Shown piece by piece: positions 28,863 to 38,851 of a DNA stretch of 64,000 nt; the stretch's first letter is position 1; each line of letters starts with the position of its first letter. The notes under the pieces were generated by a model. It ran no database searches. It was not told where the DNA came from and worked only from the letters and a program-made list of their open reading frames with translations. The position numbers and the translations under genes were made by a program. Source of the DNA: Candidatus Bathyarchaeia archaeon (lineage in GTDB: Archaea; Thermoproteota; Bathyarchaeia; TCS64). The stretch spans positions 1 to 64,000 of the forward strand of contig JBEKDF010000005.1 in NCBI GenBank assembly GCA_050014495.1, read 5' to 3'.

Positions 28863-31024
28863 TTAATCTATTGAATATCGCAGCAGATGCGGCGCCGACA
28901 CTAATCTCGGCACCTGTAATCGGTTTAGAGTCATTCATGCAAAACCCAGGGGCCTGGCTATGCTGGTTAATCCCCATCGCTGGAGCGCTCCTGATGCCGG
29001 TGATCGCCAAGGGGGGCCACAAGGTCCGCGACTACGTTGCGGTCATCATAGCATTTGGAGCCGTAATAGCCGCAGCCTCACTTCTACCCGGCCTCTGGGC
29101 CGAAAACCCCACTAGTGACATACAAGTCGCTACATGGATTACATTCCCCAACGGAGCACCACTCACACTAGGTGTCCTAGTCGACCCACTCAGCATACTA
29201 ATAGCAAACGTGGTCGCCATCATCTCATTCCTCATCGTCGTTTACAGTGTTGGCTATATGCACGGCGACGAGCACCTCACGCGATACTGGTTCTTCTTCC
29301 TATTCTTCATCGGTAACATGCTACTGCTCGTACTCTCAGACAACCTCATCCAGATGATGATAGGCTGGGAGGGGGTCGGGCTCTGCAGCTATGGGCTTAT
29401 CGGCTACTACTATCGCGACCCAAAAGAAAGGTGGTTAGGTGGACCCCCACCAACCAAGATGTTCCCACCTAGCCACGCTGGCATGAAAGCCTTCATAGTT
29501 ACCGGTATAGGTGATGTCTTCCTCCTCGGCTCAATTTTCATAATATATCACTACGCTGGGACACTGAACTTTGTCGAGCTGATCAACAAGGCCCCTCAGT
29601 GGATGACGGCTATCTCCACATTCCCCGGTCTCCTCAGCCTAACCGCCATATTATTTCTCGGAGGTCCAATCGGCAAGAGTGCTCAGTTCCCGTTCCACGA
29701 ATGGCTCCCCGAGGCGATGGCTGGCCCGACATCCGTCAGCGCCCTCATCCATGCTGCGACGATGGTCAAGGCAGGTGTCTACCTCGTAGCGAGGATGGCA
29801 CCAGCCTTCTACATCGGGACCTTTATACAGCCCCAAATACCTGAGGCTCAGACCTACTTCGTGGCCATAGCCATGGTCGGAGCCTTCACCGCGTTCCTGG
29901 CTGCAAGCCAAGCATTGGTAGCGCTGGAGCTGAAGAAGGTACTGGCTTACTCTACTGTCAGTCAGATCGGGTTCATGATGCTCAGCCTGGGTGTTTCGGG
30001 CCTCGGGGATGGTAATCTCCTTCCCGGTCTAACAGCTGCAGTCTTCCATCTCGTCAGTCATGCCCTCTTCAAGGCGGCACTCTTCCTGGGTGCAGGTTCT
30101 GTAATTCATTCGGTGGAGACCATTTATATGGATAAAATGGGCGGATTAGGCAAACAGATGCCATTCACGAAGATACTCATGCTCTTAGCGACGCTGAGCT
30201 TGGCGGGCATCCCCCCATTCAGCGGCTTCTGGAGCAAGGATGCAATCTTCGTAGCGAGCCTGAACGCGGGCCTAACGCTGACGAACGTTCTCTACATTGT
30301 CGCAGTCGTGACAGCTCTAATGACGCTGGTCTACAGCGCCCGCTACATCTACATGGTCTTCTATGGTGAGAAGAGCCACTTCATCAACGAGCTTGAGAGC
30401 GAGGGCCACGACGTCCATGAGAGCCCTGCTATAATGTGGGGTCCCATCGCGGTTTTAGTGGCTATCATGCTGGGAATCAGTGCACTCGGCCTTATCGGAT
30501 ACTTCGTGCCCAGCCTCAGTCCCGAGGTCTTCATTGAAGGACAGATGGCGAGAGTCGTCGAGGGACTAAACGTCCCTGAGATCTTCGCCTCCGCAAGTGC
30601 CACATATACTGAACCCGCTGTCGCAGGCGCGACAAGGATAACTGCGGTCGCATCAAGCGGTGCGATCATATTAGTGGGCGGGATAATTGCCTACTTGTTC
30701 TACATGGTACGCAAGTACAACGCTTGGCAGATCGTCAGCAATAGCAGTATACTGAGGCCCATTCACAGCTTCCTATGGAACAGGTGGTACATCAACGAAC
30801 TCTACTACGCAGTCGGTGTAGACGGACTACTTGCACTCTGCAGAGGTATTAACAACACTTTCGAGGCTTCCCTATTAGGCATCAACGACTCGGCTCCGAG
30901 AGGATTCACCGGGCTTTGGAACCAGATGAAGAAGCTCCAGACTGGTTACCTCAGTATTAACCTACTTTACCTCGCTGGGCTGCTGCTCTTCCTACTGTTC
31001 CTCGTCCTCGTGAGGGGGGTGTGA
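28859..31024 (+). CDS. Antiporter-like subunit (NuoL-like)
   Basis: YS.GYM..D, GWEGVGLCSY.LIG, GKSAQFP.H.WLP.AM.GPT.VSALIHAATMV.AG, HALFKA.LFL. Confidence 0.92.
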   Translation: MINLLNIAADAAPTLISAPVIGLESFMQNPGAWLCWLIPIAGALLMPVIAKGGHKVRDYVAVIIAFGAVIAAASLLPGLWAENPTSDIQVATWITFPNGAPLTLGVLVDPLSILIANVVAIISFLIVVYSVGYMHGDEHLTRYWFFFLFFIGNMLLLVLSDNLIQMMIGWEGVGLCSYGLIGYYYRDPKERWLGGPPPTKMFPPSHAGMKAFIVTGIGDVFLLGSIFIIYHYAGTLNFVELINKAPQWMTAISTFPGLLSLTAILFLGGPIGKSAQFPFHEWLPEAMAGPTSVSALIHAATMVKAGVYLVARMAPAFYIGTFIQPQIPEAQTYFVAIAMVGAFTAFLAASQALVALELKKVLAYSTVSQIGFMMLSLGVSGLGDGNLLPGLTAAVFHLVSHALFKAALFLGAGSVIHSVETIYMDKMGGLGKQMPFTKILMLLATLSLAGIPPFSGFWSKDAIFVASLNAGLTLTNVLYIVAVVTALMTLVYSARYIYMVFYGEKSHFINELESEGHDVHESPAIMWGPIAVLVAIMLGISALGLIGYFVPSLSPEVFIEGQMARVVEGLNVPEIFASASATYTEPAVAGATRITAVASSGAIILVGGIIAYLFYMVRKYNAWQIVSNSSILRPIHSFLWNRWYINELYYAVGVDGLLALCRGINNTFEASLLGINDSAPRGFTGLWNQMKKLQTGYLSINLLYLAGLLLFLLFLVLVRGV

Positions 31025-31028
31025 TAAC

Positions 31029-32522
31029 ATGGTAATGCAATACAGTCTGTTATTGGCACTCATGGTGCCTCTGGTCGCGGTAGCAATCGCATACTTCGCG
31101 GGTAGGTCGTCAGGCAAGAGCATTGGCTGGTTTGTGACAGCCTCCTTGATCGTCTCTTTGGCGCTCCTAATCGGGGTCGCTCTAGGGATCAGTGACGGTG
31201 GAGCATACAAGGAGACCTACAGCTGGGCTCCGCAGGCCGGACTTAGCTTCACACTTCTCGCAGATGGGCTGAGCATCTGGGTGCTACTGACGATTAACAT
31301 CCTCTGCCTCGCTATAACAGTCTACAGCATGCCCTACATGGAGCACAGGTTCCACGAGTGGGAGCACGAGACCCACGAGAAAAAGGGCCCGGACGCCTAC
31401 GCTAGCTACTTCGCTCTTTATCTCCTGTATACTGTCGGCATGCTCGGCACCGTCATGTCTACCAATCTCATCCAGTTCTACCTCTTCTACGAGTTGATGC
31501 TCATCCCCTCATGGCTCCTCATCAACAATTACGGGTACGGGGACAGGGAGAAGATCGGTATGATCTACTTCATGTGGACAAACGTCAGCGCCGTGATACT
31601 CCTCGCTGGCATCCTCGCCGCCTACTCAATCACAGGAAGCTTCGAGATAAGCAGTTTGACACAGCTAGTGGGGGTTAGTAACGCCGCCTGGATAGCGGGT
31701 GCGATGCTCTTCGGTTTTTTCACAAAGATGGCGGTATTCGGTCTCCATACATGGCTACCATTCGCTCACTCGGAAGCTCCTACACCCATATCCGCCCTGC
31801 TTAGTCCCGCAATGATTGGCATAGGAGCCTATGCTGCCCTCCGTCTCGTCATTATACCGATGACCCCAATATTCCAGACCTTCAGTTGGGTCTTCACACT
31901 CTGGGCACTGGTCACAATGATATACGGTGGCCTCATGGCCCTAACGCAGGACGACATAAAACGCTTCCTAGCCTACAGCAGTATCAGCCAGATGGGCTAC
32001 ATCTTCCTCGGCCTAGCGAGTGTCACCCCGAACGGCGAGGTTGGGGCCATATATCAATATGTGGCACATGGCTTTGGTAAGGCGATTCTCTTCCTCGTCG
32101 CAGGGATACTCCTCAGTCAGACGGGCACGAGAAGCATAAAGAAGATGGGCGGACTCGCCGATAGGATGCCTTGGACAGCCACAATGGCACTCATAGGCTT
32201 CCTGACAATCGGAGGTGTCCCTCCAACAATGGGCTTCATGAGCAAGTTCTTCATCTTCTCGGGAGTCTTCGGAAACCAGCTCGCCCCTGCAGGTCAAGTG
32301 TGGGCAGCGGTGATAGGGATAATCATGACGGTCTTAACCATCGCATATGGTCTGTGGACTATGCGCAGGGTCTTCTATGGACCACTACCCGAGCACCTCA
32401 AGCAGGTTAAGGAGGCACCATTGACAATGCTGCTACCAGTAGTAATCTTCGCGGTGCTAGTAATCGTCCTCGGCATCTGGCCAACACTGATAACCAATTA
32501 CCTATCCCCATTCTTCGCGTAG
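31029..32522 (+). CDS. Antiporter-like subunit (NuoM-like)
   Basis: FY.FYELMLIP, K...FGLHTWLP.AH.EAP, KR.LAYSSISQMG. Confidence 0.9.
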   Translation: MVMQYSLLLALMVPLVAVAIAYFAGRSSGKSIGWFVTASLIVSLALLIGVALGISDGGAYKETYSWAPQAGLSFTLLADGLSIWVLLTINILCLAITVYSMPYMEHRFHEWEHETHEKKGPDAYASYFALYLLYTVGMLGTVMSTNLIQFYLFYELMLIPSWLLINNYGYGDREKIGMIYFMWTNVSAVILLAGILAAYSITGSFEISSLTQLVGVSNAAWIAGAMLFGFFTKMAVFGLHTWLPFAHSEAPTPISALLSPAMIGIGAYAALRLVIIPMTPIFQTFSWVFTLWALVTMIYGGLMALTQDDIKRFLAYSSISQMGYIFLGLASVTPNGEVGAIYQYVAHGFGKAILFLVAGILLSQTGTRSIKKMGGLADRMPWTATMALIGFLTIGGVPPTMGFMSKFFIFSGVFGNQLAPAGQVWAAVIGIIMTVLTIAYGLWTMRRVFYGPLPEHLKQVKEAPLTMLLPVVIFAVLVIVLGIWPTLITNYLSPFFA

Positions 32523-32678
32523 GGCGTATAGGTACCCCAATTTCTCATACTTCGACTCTTAAAGGCTATTATGTCAATCAAAATATGCGCGCGCCCCCTA
32601 TAACACCCCCTAAAACACTCAATAAAGCCCGGACATTACATAAGTTTTTTTAATGTAAGCAGGGTCTGCAATTAGGAA

Positions 32679-32996
32679 ATGAGCGTCGCTGTCGTCGGGC
32701 CCTCATCCTTCATCACCTGCTTCCAGCTGATTGGTGCGGAGGGTTACAACTGCGTCACTGGCGAAGAAGTCGCCTCGACGCTGAGCCGCCTCGTGGACGA
32801 GAAAAAGTATAAACTGATAATCTTCCCCGAGAGGTTCGCTGCGGAGACCCTACCCGTTAGGGAGCAGGTCCTAAAGAGAGGCGCCATTTCGCCCGTCTTC
32901 GCACTGGTGCCAGACTTTACAATGGAGACAGGCGACAGGATGCAGGAGCTACAGGCAGTAATCTCGCTTGCTATTGGAACAAAGCTGGAGTTGTGA
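32679..32996 (+). CDS. atpF: A/V-type ATP synthase subunit F
   Basis: VAVVG....TCF.L.G, C-terminal AIG; first gene of the cluster. Confidence 0.8.
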   Translation: MSVAVVGPSSFITCFQLIGAEGYNCVTGEEVASTLSRLVDEKKYKLIIFPERFAAETLPVREQVLKRGAISPVFALVPDFTMETGDRMQELQAVISLAIGTKLEL

Positions 32997-33328
32997 TGAT
33001 GGAAATCAAGAAAGTCTTATCGGTCGGCAAGAGGCTCCAAACCATCCTCGAGGAGGCGGAGAGGGAGTCCCAGCAAAAACTCGGGGACGCTAAGCGTCGC
33101 TCCGACGAAATAGTCAACAAGGCGAGGGCCGATGCTGAGGAGAAAAAGTCCAAGGCCCAACGTGGCGCTGGAATAGACGACCTGATCAATGCTGAAGAGA
33201 ACAGAGCTAAAGTAGAGGCCGAAAAGATCAAGACCCAATACCAACAAAAAATCGAAGCGATCAAGACGATCCCTAAGAAGAAGAGGGACCACTCCGTCGA
33301 TATTGTTGTGAAGGAGGTTCTCCCATGA
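32993..33328 (+). CDS. atpH: A/V-type ATP synthase subunit H (G-like peripheral stalk)
   Basis: Charged coiled coil with A-x-x-x-A periodicity; operon context. Confidence 0.7.
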   Translation: MMMEIKKVLSVGKRLQTILEEAERESQQKLGDAKRRSDEIVNKARADAEEKKSKAQRGAGIDDLINAEENRAKVEAEKIKTQYQQKIEAIKTIPKKKRDHSVDIVVKEVLP

Positions 33329-33966
33329 CTCAACAGAGTAGTCTCGACCTTGAGACTAGACTCATCGAGCGTACCATGGCACAGCGGGATGAGATGATAG
33401 CAAAAGCAGACAATGACGCTAAGATGATGTTAGATAATGCAGAGAAGGAAGCGCAGCGTATAAAATCCGAGACTGATCGCCAGATTCTAAACATCGTCGC
33501 TAGCGTCCTCCGTGGCGTACGCGATAGAATAATCGGTGGAGTAGAACTTGAAAGCAGGAAGCAGCTGATGATCACACGTGAGGAGACCCTTCAGGAGATC
33601 TATGGTGAAGCCGAGAAAAAGCTCCAGGAGTTCTCCGCGGATAAGAAGGAGTACCACGATGTACTAATCAAATTCATTGTCGAGGCTGTGAAGGCCATCA
33701 GTGGTGAGGAGTTCATCGTATCTGCCAACGACACTGACCTTTCAGATCTCAAAAAGTCACATAAGAAGCTCGAAACTGACATTCAGAAGGCTGTCGGTTA
33801 TAAGGTGATCATCGCATTCGATGACACCCCTATCGCGACGATAGGGGGTGCTGTCGTCAAGAACGTCGACGGCACTAAGGTGTACTACAATACCTTCGAG
33901 GGCAGGATAAAGAAGGCTCGCGCTAAGCTCAATGTTACCCTTGCGAAGCTAATGGAGGCCGAATAA
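33325..33966 (+). CDS. atpE: A/V-type ATP synthase subunit E
   Basis: N-terminal coiled coil, IGG.VV...DG...YNTFE.R. Confidence 0.88.
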   Translation: MTQQSSLDLETRLIERTMAQRDEMIAKADNDAKMMLDNAEKEAQRIKSETDRQILNIVASVLRGVRDRIIGGVELESRKQLMITREETLQEIYGEAEKKLQEFSADKKEYHDVLIKFIVEAVKAISGEEFIVSANDTDLSDLKKSHKKLETDIQKAVGYKVIIAFDDTPIATIGGAVVKNVDGTKVYYNTFEGRIKKARAKLNVTLAKLMEAE

Positions 33967-33968
33967 AA

Positions 33969-35729
33969 ATGGGACTCATAGGCACAATTGAACGCATCAA
34001 TGGATCACTCATCAGGGCTAACTTTACTGAGGCGCCAAAGATCGGTGACCTCGTCGAGGTAGGCAACCTCAAGCTAATGGGTGAGATCGTTCGTCTCAAT
34101 GCCCAGACCGCATTCATCCAGTGCTACGAAATCACCGATGGCATCCGTCCCGGTGAACCTGTGAACGACACCGGTGAACCTCTAATGGCCGAGCTGGGCC
34201 CCGGTCTCATGGGCGCTATCATGGACGGCGTCGAGCGCAACGAGACGGAGCTCTGGAACAGAACCGGTCCCTTTGTCAGCAGGGGAACCAGTGTCGCACC
34301 ACTCGACAGGAAGAAGAAATGGGAGTTCGTACCAACCATCAAGAAAGGCGATAAGGTCGGCCCCGGCGATTTCATAGGGACCGTCCAAGAGACTAAGAGT
34401 TTCGTCCACAAGATCATGGTCCCACCAGAGATGAGCGGCACCATCAAGAGCATTAACAATGGCGAGTTCACAGTCGATGATACTATAGCCGAGCTGGAGA
34501 CTCCCAGCGGGATAAAGGAGCTCAAGCTCATGCAGAAGTGGCCTGTACGTAGACCGAGACCAGTCAAGCAGAGACTACCACTCAGCGTGCCACTCATCAC
34601 GGGTCAACGCGTAATCGACACCTTCTTTCCATGCGCCAAAGGCGGCGCAGCCGCCATCCCAGGCGGATTCGGAACAGGAAAGACCGTCACCCTCCAGCAG
34701 ATTAGCAAATGGAGCGACGCCGACATCATCATAATCATCGGTTGCGGAGAACGCGGCAACGAGATGGCAGATGTAGTCGCCCACTTCCCGGTTATAGTAG
34801 ACCCCAGAAGCGGCCGCAACTTAATCGAGAGAACCGTTATCATCGCCAACGTAAGTAATATGCCAGTCTCCGCCCGTGAAGCATCCATCTATATGGGCGT
34901 TACCCTTGGCGAGTACTTCCGCGACATGGGCTACGATGTAGCCGTTATGGCAGATTCTACATCGAGGTGGGCAGAGGCACTTCGAGATATCTCGGGCCGC
35001 CTAGAGGAGATCCCCGCAGAGGCAGGATTCCCCGCCTACCTTCCAGACAGGATCGCGGAACTCTACGAACGCGCAGCACGCGCTATTGTCCTTGGCACCC
35101 AGGATCGCATAGGCAGTGTAACGATGCTCGGAGCAGTCTCACCCCCCGGCGGAGACTTTAGCGAGCCAGTCACAACCTACACTCTCCGCTTCATAGGAAC
35201 ATTCTGGGCCTTAGATAGCACGTTGGCCCAGCGCCGCCACTTCCCAGCTATTAACTGGCTGAGAAGCTTCACACGATACCTCGACATATCCGCGGAATGG
35301 TGGAGTCAGTATGACAAGGACTGGCTAAGCAACCGCGCCAAGGCAATGAGCATATTAGAGGAGGCGGCCGAAATCGAGGAGACCGCTAGGATCATCGGTG
35401 AGAAGTCACTCCCAGACGACCAGCGTCTGGTGCTACTAGTTGCGGAGCTTCTTCGCGAGGGTTTCCTGGTCCAGGCCGCATATCACGAGGTAGACACCTA
35501 CTGTGACGCCGAGAAGCAGACGAAGCTCCTTCGCATAATCGTCGAGTTCAACAACATGGTTGAGGGACTTGTAAAGCAGAGCGTCCCGATTGAGAAGGTG
35601 CGCGAGCTTCCCATAGTCACGGAGATGATGAGACTAAAGGAACGCCAGGGCAGCCAACCCATCGACGATGCGAAGCAAGAGATGGTAAAGCAGGTCGGCG
35701 AACTCGCTAAGACCTACGGGGTGAGCTAA
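33969..35729 (+). CDS. atpA: A/V-type ATP synthase catalytic subunit A
   Basis: [42 protein letters not shown]; no intein. Confidence 0.97.
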   Translation: MGLIGTIERINGSLIRANFTEAPKIGDLVEVGNLKLMGEIVRLNAQTAFIQCYEITDGIRPGEPVNDTGEPLMAELGPGLMGAIMDGVERNETELWNRTGPFVSRGTSVAPLDRKKKWEFVPTIKKGDKVGPGDFIGTVQETKSFVHKIMVPPEMSGTIKSINNGEFTVDDTIAELETPSGIKELKLMQKWPVRRPRPVKQRLPLSVPLITGQRVIDTFFPCAKGGAAAIPGGFGTGKTVTLQQISKWSDADIIIIIGCGERGNEMADVVAHFPVIVDPRSGRNLIERTVIIANVSNMPVSAREASIYMGVTLGEYFRDMGYDVAVMADSTSRWAEALRDISGRLEEIPAEAGFPAYLPDRIAELYERAARAIVLGTQDRIGSVTMLGAVSPPGGDFSEPVTTYTLRFIGTFWALDSTLAQRRHFPAINWLRSFTRYLDISAEWWSQYDKDWLSNRAKAMSILEEAAEIEETARIIGEKSLPDDQRLVLLVAELLREGFLVQAAYHEVDTYCDAEKQTKLLRIIVEFNNMVEGLVKQSVPIEKVRELPIVTEMMRLKERQGSQPIDDAKQEMVKQVGELAKTYGVS

Positions 35730-35730
35730 G

Positions 35731-37128
35731 ATGTCAGAGCAAGCAGGACTAGTCTATAAGACCGTAAAGGAGATCCACGGACCTATTCTCTTCGTCGAGA
35801 ACGTCAAGGGCATAAGCTATAACGAGATCGTCCGCATCCGCACAGAGTCGGGTTACGAGGTCTCAGGCAGCGTACTTGAGGTCTCCAAAGACTGGGCGAT
35901 GGTCCAGTGCTTCGGAAACACATCGGGAATGGACCTCAATGTCAGCATCAGATTTACTGGCGAGACACAGAAGATCCCAGTCACAAACGACCTAATCGGC
36001 AGGGTCTTCAGCGGCAGCTTCGTGCCACGCGATGGAATGCCGACGCCTCTAAGTGAAGACATCCGAGACGTGAATGGAGGAACCATCAACCCCGCCGCAC
36101 GCGATGTCCCCAGCGACTTCATTCAAACTGGGATGAGCGCCATCGATGGCATGAACAGCCTCGTAAGGGGGCAAAAGTTACCAATATTCAGTGAGTCGGG
36201 CCTGCATCATAACATGCTCGCAGCCCAGATCGCTAGGCAGGCGACGATCCCTGGTAAGGAGAGCGATTTCGCTATCGTTTTCGGTGCAATGGGCATCAAG
36301 AACGAGGAGGCTGACTTCTTCCGTAAGGAGTTTGAGGAGACAGGTGCCCTAAACAAAAGCGTTCTCGTCCTAAACCTGGCTGACGATCCACCAATAGAGC
36401 GCATGGTCACCCCCCGCATCGCTCAGACAATCGCAGAGTATCTCGCCTTCGACATGGGTATGCACGTCCTCACCATCCTAACCGACATGACGAACTACGC
36501 CGAAGCCCTACGTAGCATCAGCATCGCTAGAGAGGAGATCCCGACGAGAAAGGGCTATCCTGGCTATCTATACAGTGACCTCGCCACAATCTACGAGCGC
36601 GCTGGTATCATTACGGGAAAGAAAGGGTCGGTTACCTTGATGCCCATCCTATCCATGCCTGCAGGTGATATCACCCACCCTGTCCCAGACCTCACTGGTT
36701 ACATCACCGAAGGGCAGCTGATCCTTCAGCGTGAACTCGCACTCAAGGGACTCTACCCAGCCATGAACGTCCTACCAAGTCTAAGTAGACTCATGAAGGA
36801 CGGTATTGGCGCAAAGACCACACGTAAAGACCACCAAGACGTCTCTAACCAGTTATACATGGCTTACGCTGAGGGAACCCGAGCGCGTGGCCTAGTTCGT
36901 ATTGTTGGAACCGTGGGACTAAGCGAGCGCGAGCGTAAATGGCTCGAGTTCGCTGACGCATTCGAGACAAAATTCGTAAACCAGGGCCGATACGAGAACA
37001 GAACCATCGAGCAGACCCTCGATCTAGCATGGGACCTACTGGCAATGCTACCAGAGGAGAACCTAATCAGGGTACGCGAGGCGTACATAAAGGAGTACCA
37101 CCCGAAGTATCGTAAGAGAGAGAACTAG
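35731..37128 (+). CDS. atpB: A/V-type ATP synthase subunit B
   Basis: [48 protein letters not shown]. Confidence 0.97.
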   Translation: MSEQAGLVYKTVKEIHGPILFVENVKGISYNEIVRIRTESGYEVSGSVLEVSKDWAMVQCFGNTSGMDLNVSIRFTGETQKIPVTNDLIGRVFSGSFVPRDGMPTPLSEDIRDVNGGTINPAARDVPSDFIQTGMSAIDGMNSLVRGQKLPIFSESGLHHNMLAAQIARQATIPGKESDFAIVFGAMGIKNEEADFFRKEFEETGALNKSVLVLNLADDPPIERMVTPRIAQTIAEYLAFDMGMHVLTILTDMTNYAEALRSISIAREEIPTRKGYPGYLYSDLATIYERAGIITGKKGSVTLMPILSMPAGDITHPVPDLTGYITEGQLILQRELALKGLYPAMNVLPSLSRLMKDGIGAKTTRKDHQDVSNQLYMAYAEGTRARGLVRIVGTVGLSERERKWLEFADAFETKFVNQGRYENRTIEQTLDLAWDLLAMLPEENLIRVREAYIKEYHPKYRKREN

Positions 37129-37130
37129 CT

Positions 37131-37748
37131 TTGTCCTCTACAAGCGGAGTCCGGCCCACAAAGGGCTACCTCATGGAGATGCAGAGAAGCATTGTCTTCA
37201 TAGAGCGTGGCACGGAGTTCCTTAAACTCAAGAGGGACCACCTCGCTAAGGAGCTCAGCGAATCTATTGAGGTACTCAGGGGGAGGAGGAGGCTACTACT
37301 TGAGAGTCTCGGAGAGGCCTATAAGGCCGTACAGGCAGCCTATCTAAGCCTCGGCCCAACGGAGGTGGAGAGCCAGGCCAACAGCATACGCAGCACTTTG
37401 GACATCGACCTTCTGCCGAAGAGCGTCATGGGAGTTCAGTATCCCTACATCAAGATACTGAACAAGCCAAAGATCGAGGGTGAGTTGGACATAACCCTCA
37501 GCTATGCCTCAGACAAAGTCTACTCTATCCTCGAGGAGATCATCAGGCTTGCTGAGTTCGAGAGCAGAGTCGAGCGCATCGCCGATGAACTTGGAAGGAC
37601 GAACCGGAAGGTGAACGCCCTCGAGAACACAGTCATACCTGACATGAAGGCGGTCATAAAGTACATCCAAGACAAGCTAGACGAGGAGCAGATGGAGGAC
37701 CTCGTGCGTATAAAACTAATTGGGGGTGCGTTGGCATCGGAAAAGTAA
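37131..37748 (+). CDS. atpD: A/V-type ATP synthase subunit D
   Basis: RPTK..L, L.LKRD.L, T.RKVNALE..VIP. Confidence 0.93.
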   Translation: MSSTSGVRPTKGYLMEMQRSIVFIERGTEFLKLKRDHLAKELSESIEVLRGRRRLLLESLGEAYKAVQAAYLSLGPTEVESQANSIRSTLDIDLLPKSVMGVQYPYIKILNKPKIEGELDITLSYASDKVYSILEEIIRLAEFESRVERIADELGRTNRKVNALENTVIPDMKAVIKYIQDKLDEEQMEDLVRIKLIGGALASEK

Positions 37749-38788
37749 AGACTGGTTCCCTCACATACGCAGTTGTTAGAAGCCACGCTCTTATTGCCGA
37801 CCTTCTCAACTCAAACCAGATGAGAACCATTGCATCCACCGACAGTGTCGAGGATTTCATTTCCCAGATCGCCCAGACTCCATATGGACAGGTTACCCTT
37901 GAGCCTGATGTGAATCCTAGTATAAGCCTAGAGCGCGTCTTCTACCGTAAATTCATCGAGCGAATAGTAAAGATAGTTGACATCGTTCCCAGCGATATAG
38001 GCGACCTACTGCAGACATACTACTACATGAGGTTCGAGACCCTCAACCTTGATAGGATAATCAGAGGCAAGTTCAGCGATGCGACCCCTGCAGAGATACA
38101 GGCGAACCTAGTCCCAATGATGCCATATAGGGCACCCAGCTACCAGGCCCTATCAGAAGCAGCTGACATCGATGCGCTCTTAGAACTTCTCAAAGGCACG
38201 GCTTACAACCCAATCGCAGAGAAGCTTTCAGTCTATAAGCAGTACGACGCCATCTGGCCCCTCCAGCTAGAGCTGCAGCACATCTATAGCCTGACCATCC
38301 TCAGGAGAGTTGAGAAACTACCTCGCAGCCAGAGGAGGATGGTCAGCAAGATCGTGGAGCTCGAGGCGGATATTGAGAACTTTTTGATCGCGGTGAAACA
38401 GAGTCGAGCCCCAAAGGAGGGGGAGGGCTTCAAACCCGAGGAGATGTTCGACGCCACCTACGGGATTTCGAAAGATATCCTTCACATGGTCGTCGAAGGA
38501 GCAGACCTCCGTGACTCAGTAGAGAGCCTTGGCGAACCCTTCAGCTCGATCCTGGCACCCATGTATGAGGGGGACGTCGCTCTGATACGTACCAACTTGA
38601 GGAGCCAGATTCATAGGACCGTCAATGAGGCAAGAGCGGGAAACGATTTCGGCTTCAACACGATAATGGCCTATCTTGTATTCAGCGAGCTTGAGAAGGA
38701 CGATCTCGTCGGAATCGCGTGGGCGAAGGAGCAGGGTCTACAGGGTGAGGAATTTATCAAATATCTCGTCGTACCTAACGTCTCATAG
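37736..38788 (+). CDS. atpC: A/V-type ATP synthase subunit C; start probably ATC 37736 (first ATG at 37820)
   Basis: In-frame upstream sequence reads TYAVVRSHALIADLL, resembling the subunit C N-terminus; TPY, E..N...IIRGK, AYLV..E.E..DL..I. Confidence 0.8.
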   Translation: MGKVKTGSLTYAVVRSHALIADLLNSNQMRTIASTDSVEDFISQIAQTPYGQVTLEPDVNPSISLERVFYRKFIERIVKIVDIVPSDIGDLLQTYYYMRFETLNLDRIIRGKFSDATPAEIQANLVPMMPYRAPSYQALSEAADIDALLELLKGTAYNPIAEKLSVYKQYDAIWPLQLELQHIYSLTILRRVEKLPRSQRRMVSKIVELEADIENFLIAVKQSRAPKEGEGFKPEEMFDATYGISKDILHMVVEGADLRDSVESLGEPFSSILAPMYEGDVALIRTNLRSQIHRTVNEARAGNDFGFNTIMAYLVFSELEKDDLVGIAWAKEQGLQGEEFIKYLVVPNVS

Positions 38789-38851
38789 CCATCCTCAAAT
38801 TTTTCCCAAACTATAAATCCGTTGAACTTAATTTGAATGTAGGACTAATCA

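Noticed and set aside
33969..35729. Inteins in atpA, polB1 or nrdJ
   Set aside because: Lengths are normal, motifs are contiguous and no intein splice-junction block was seen in the visible sequence.
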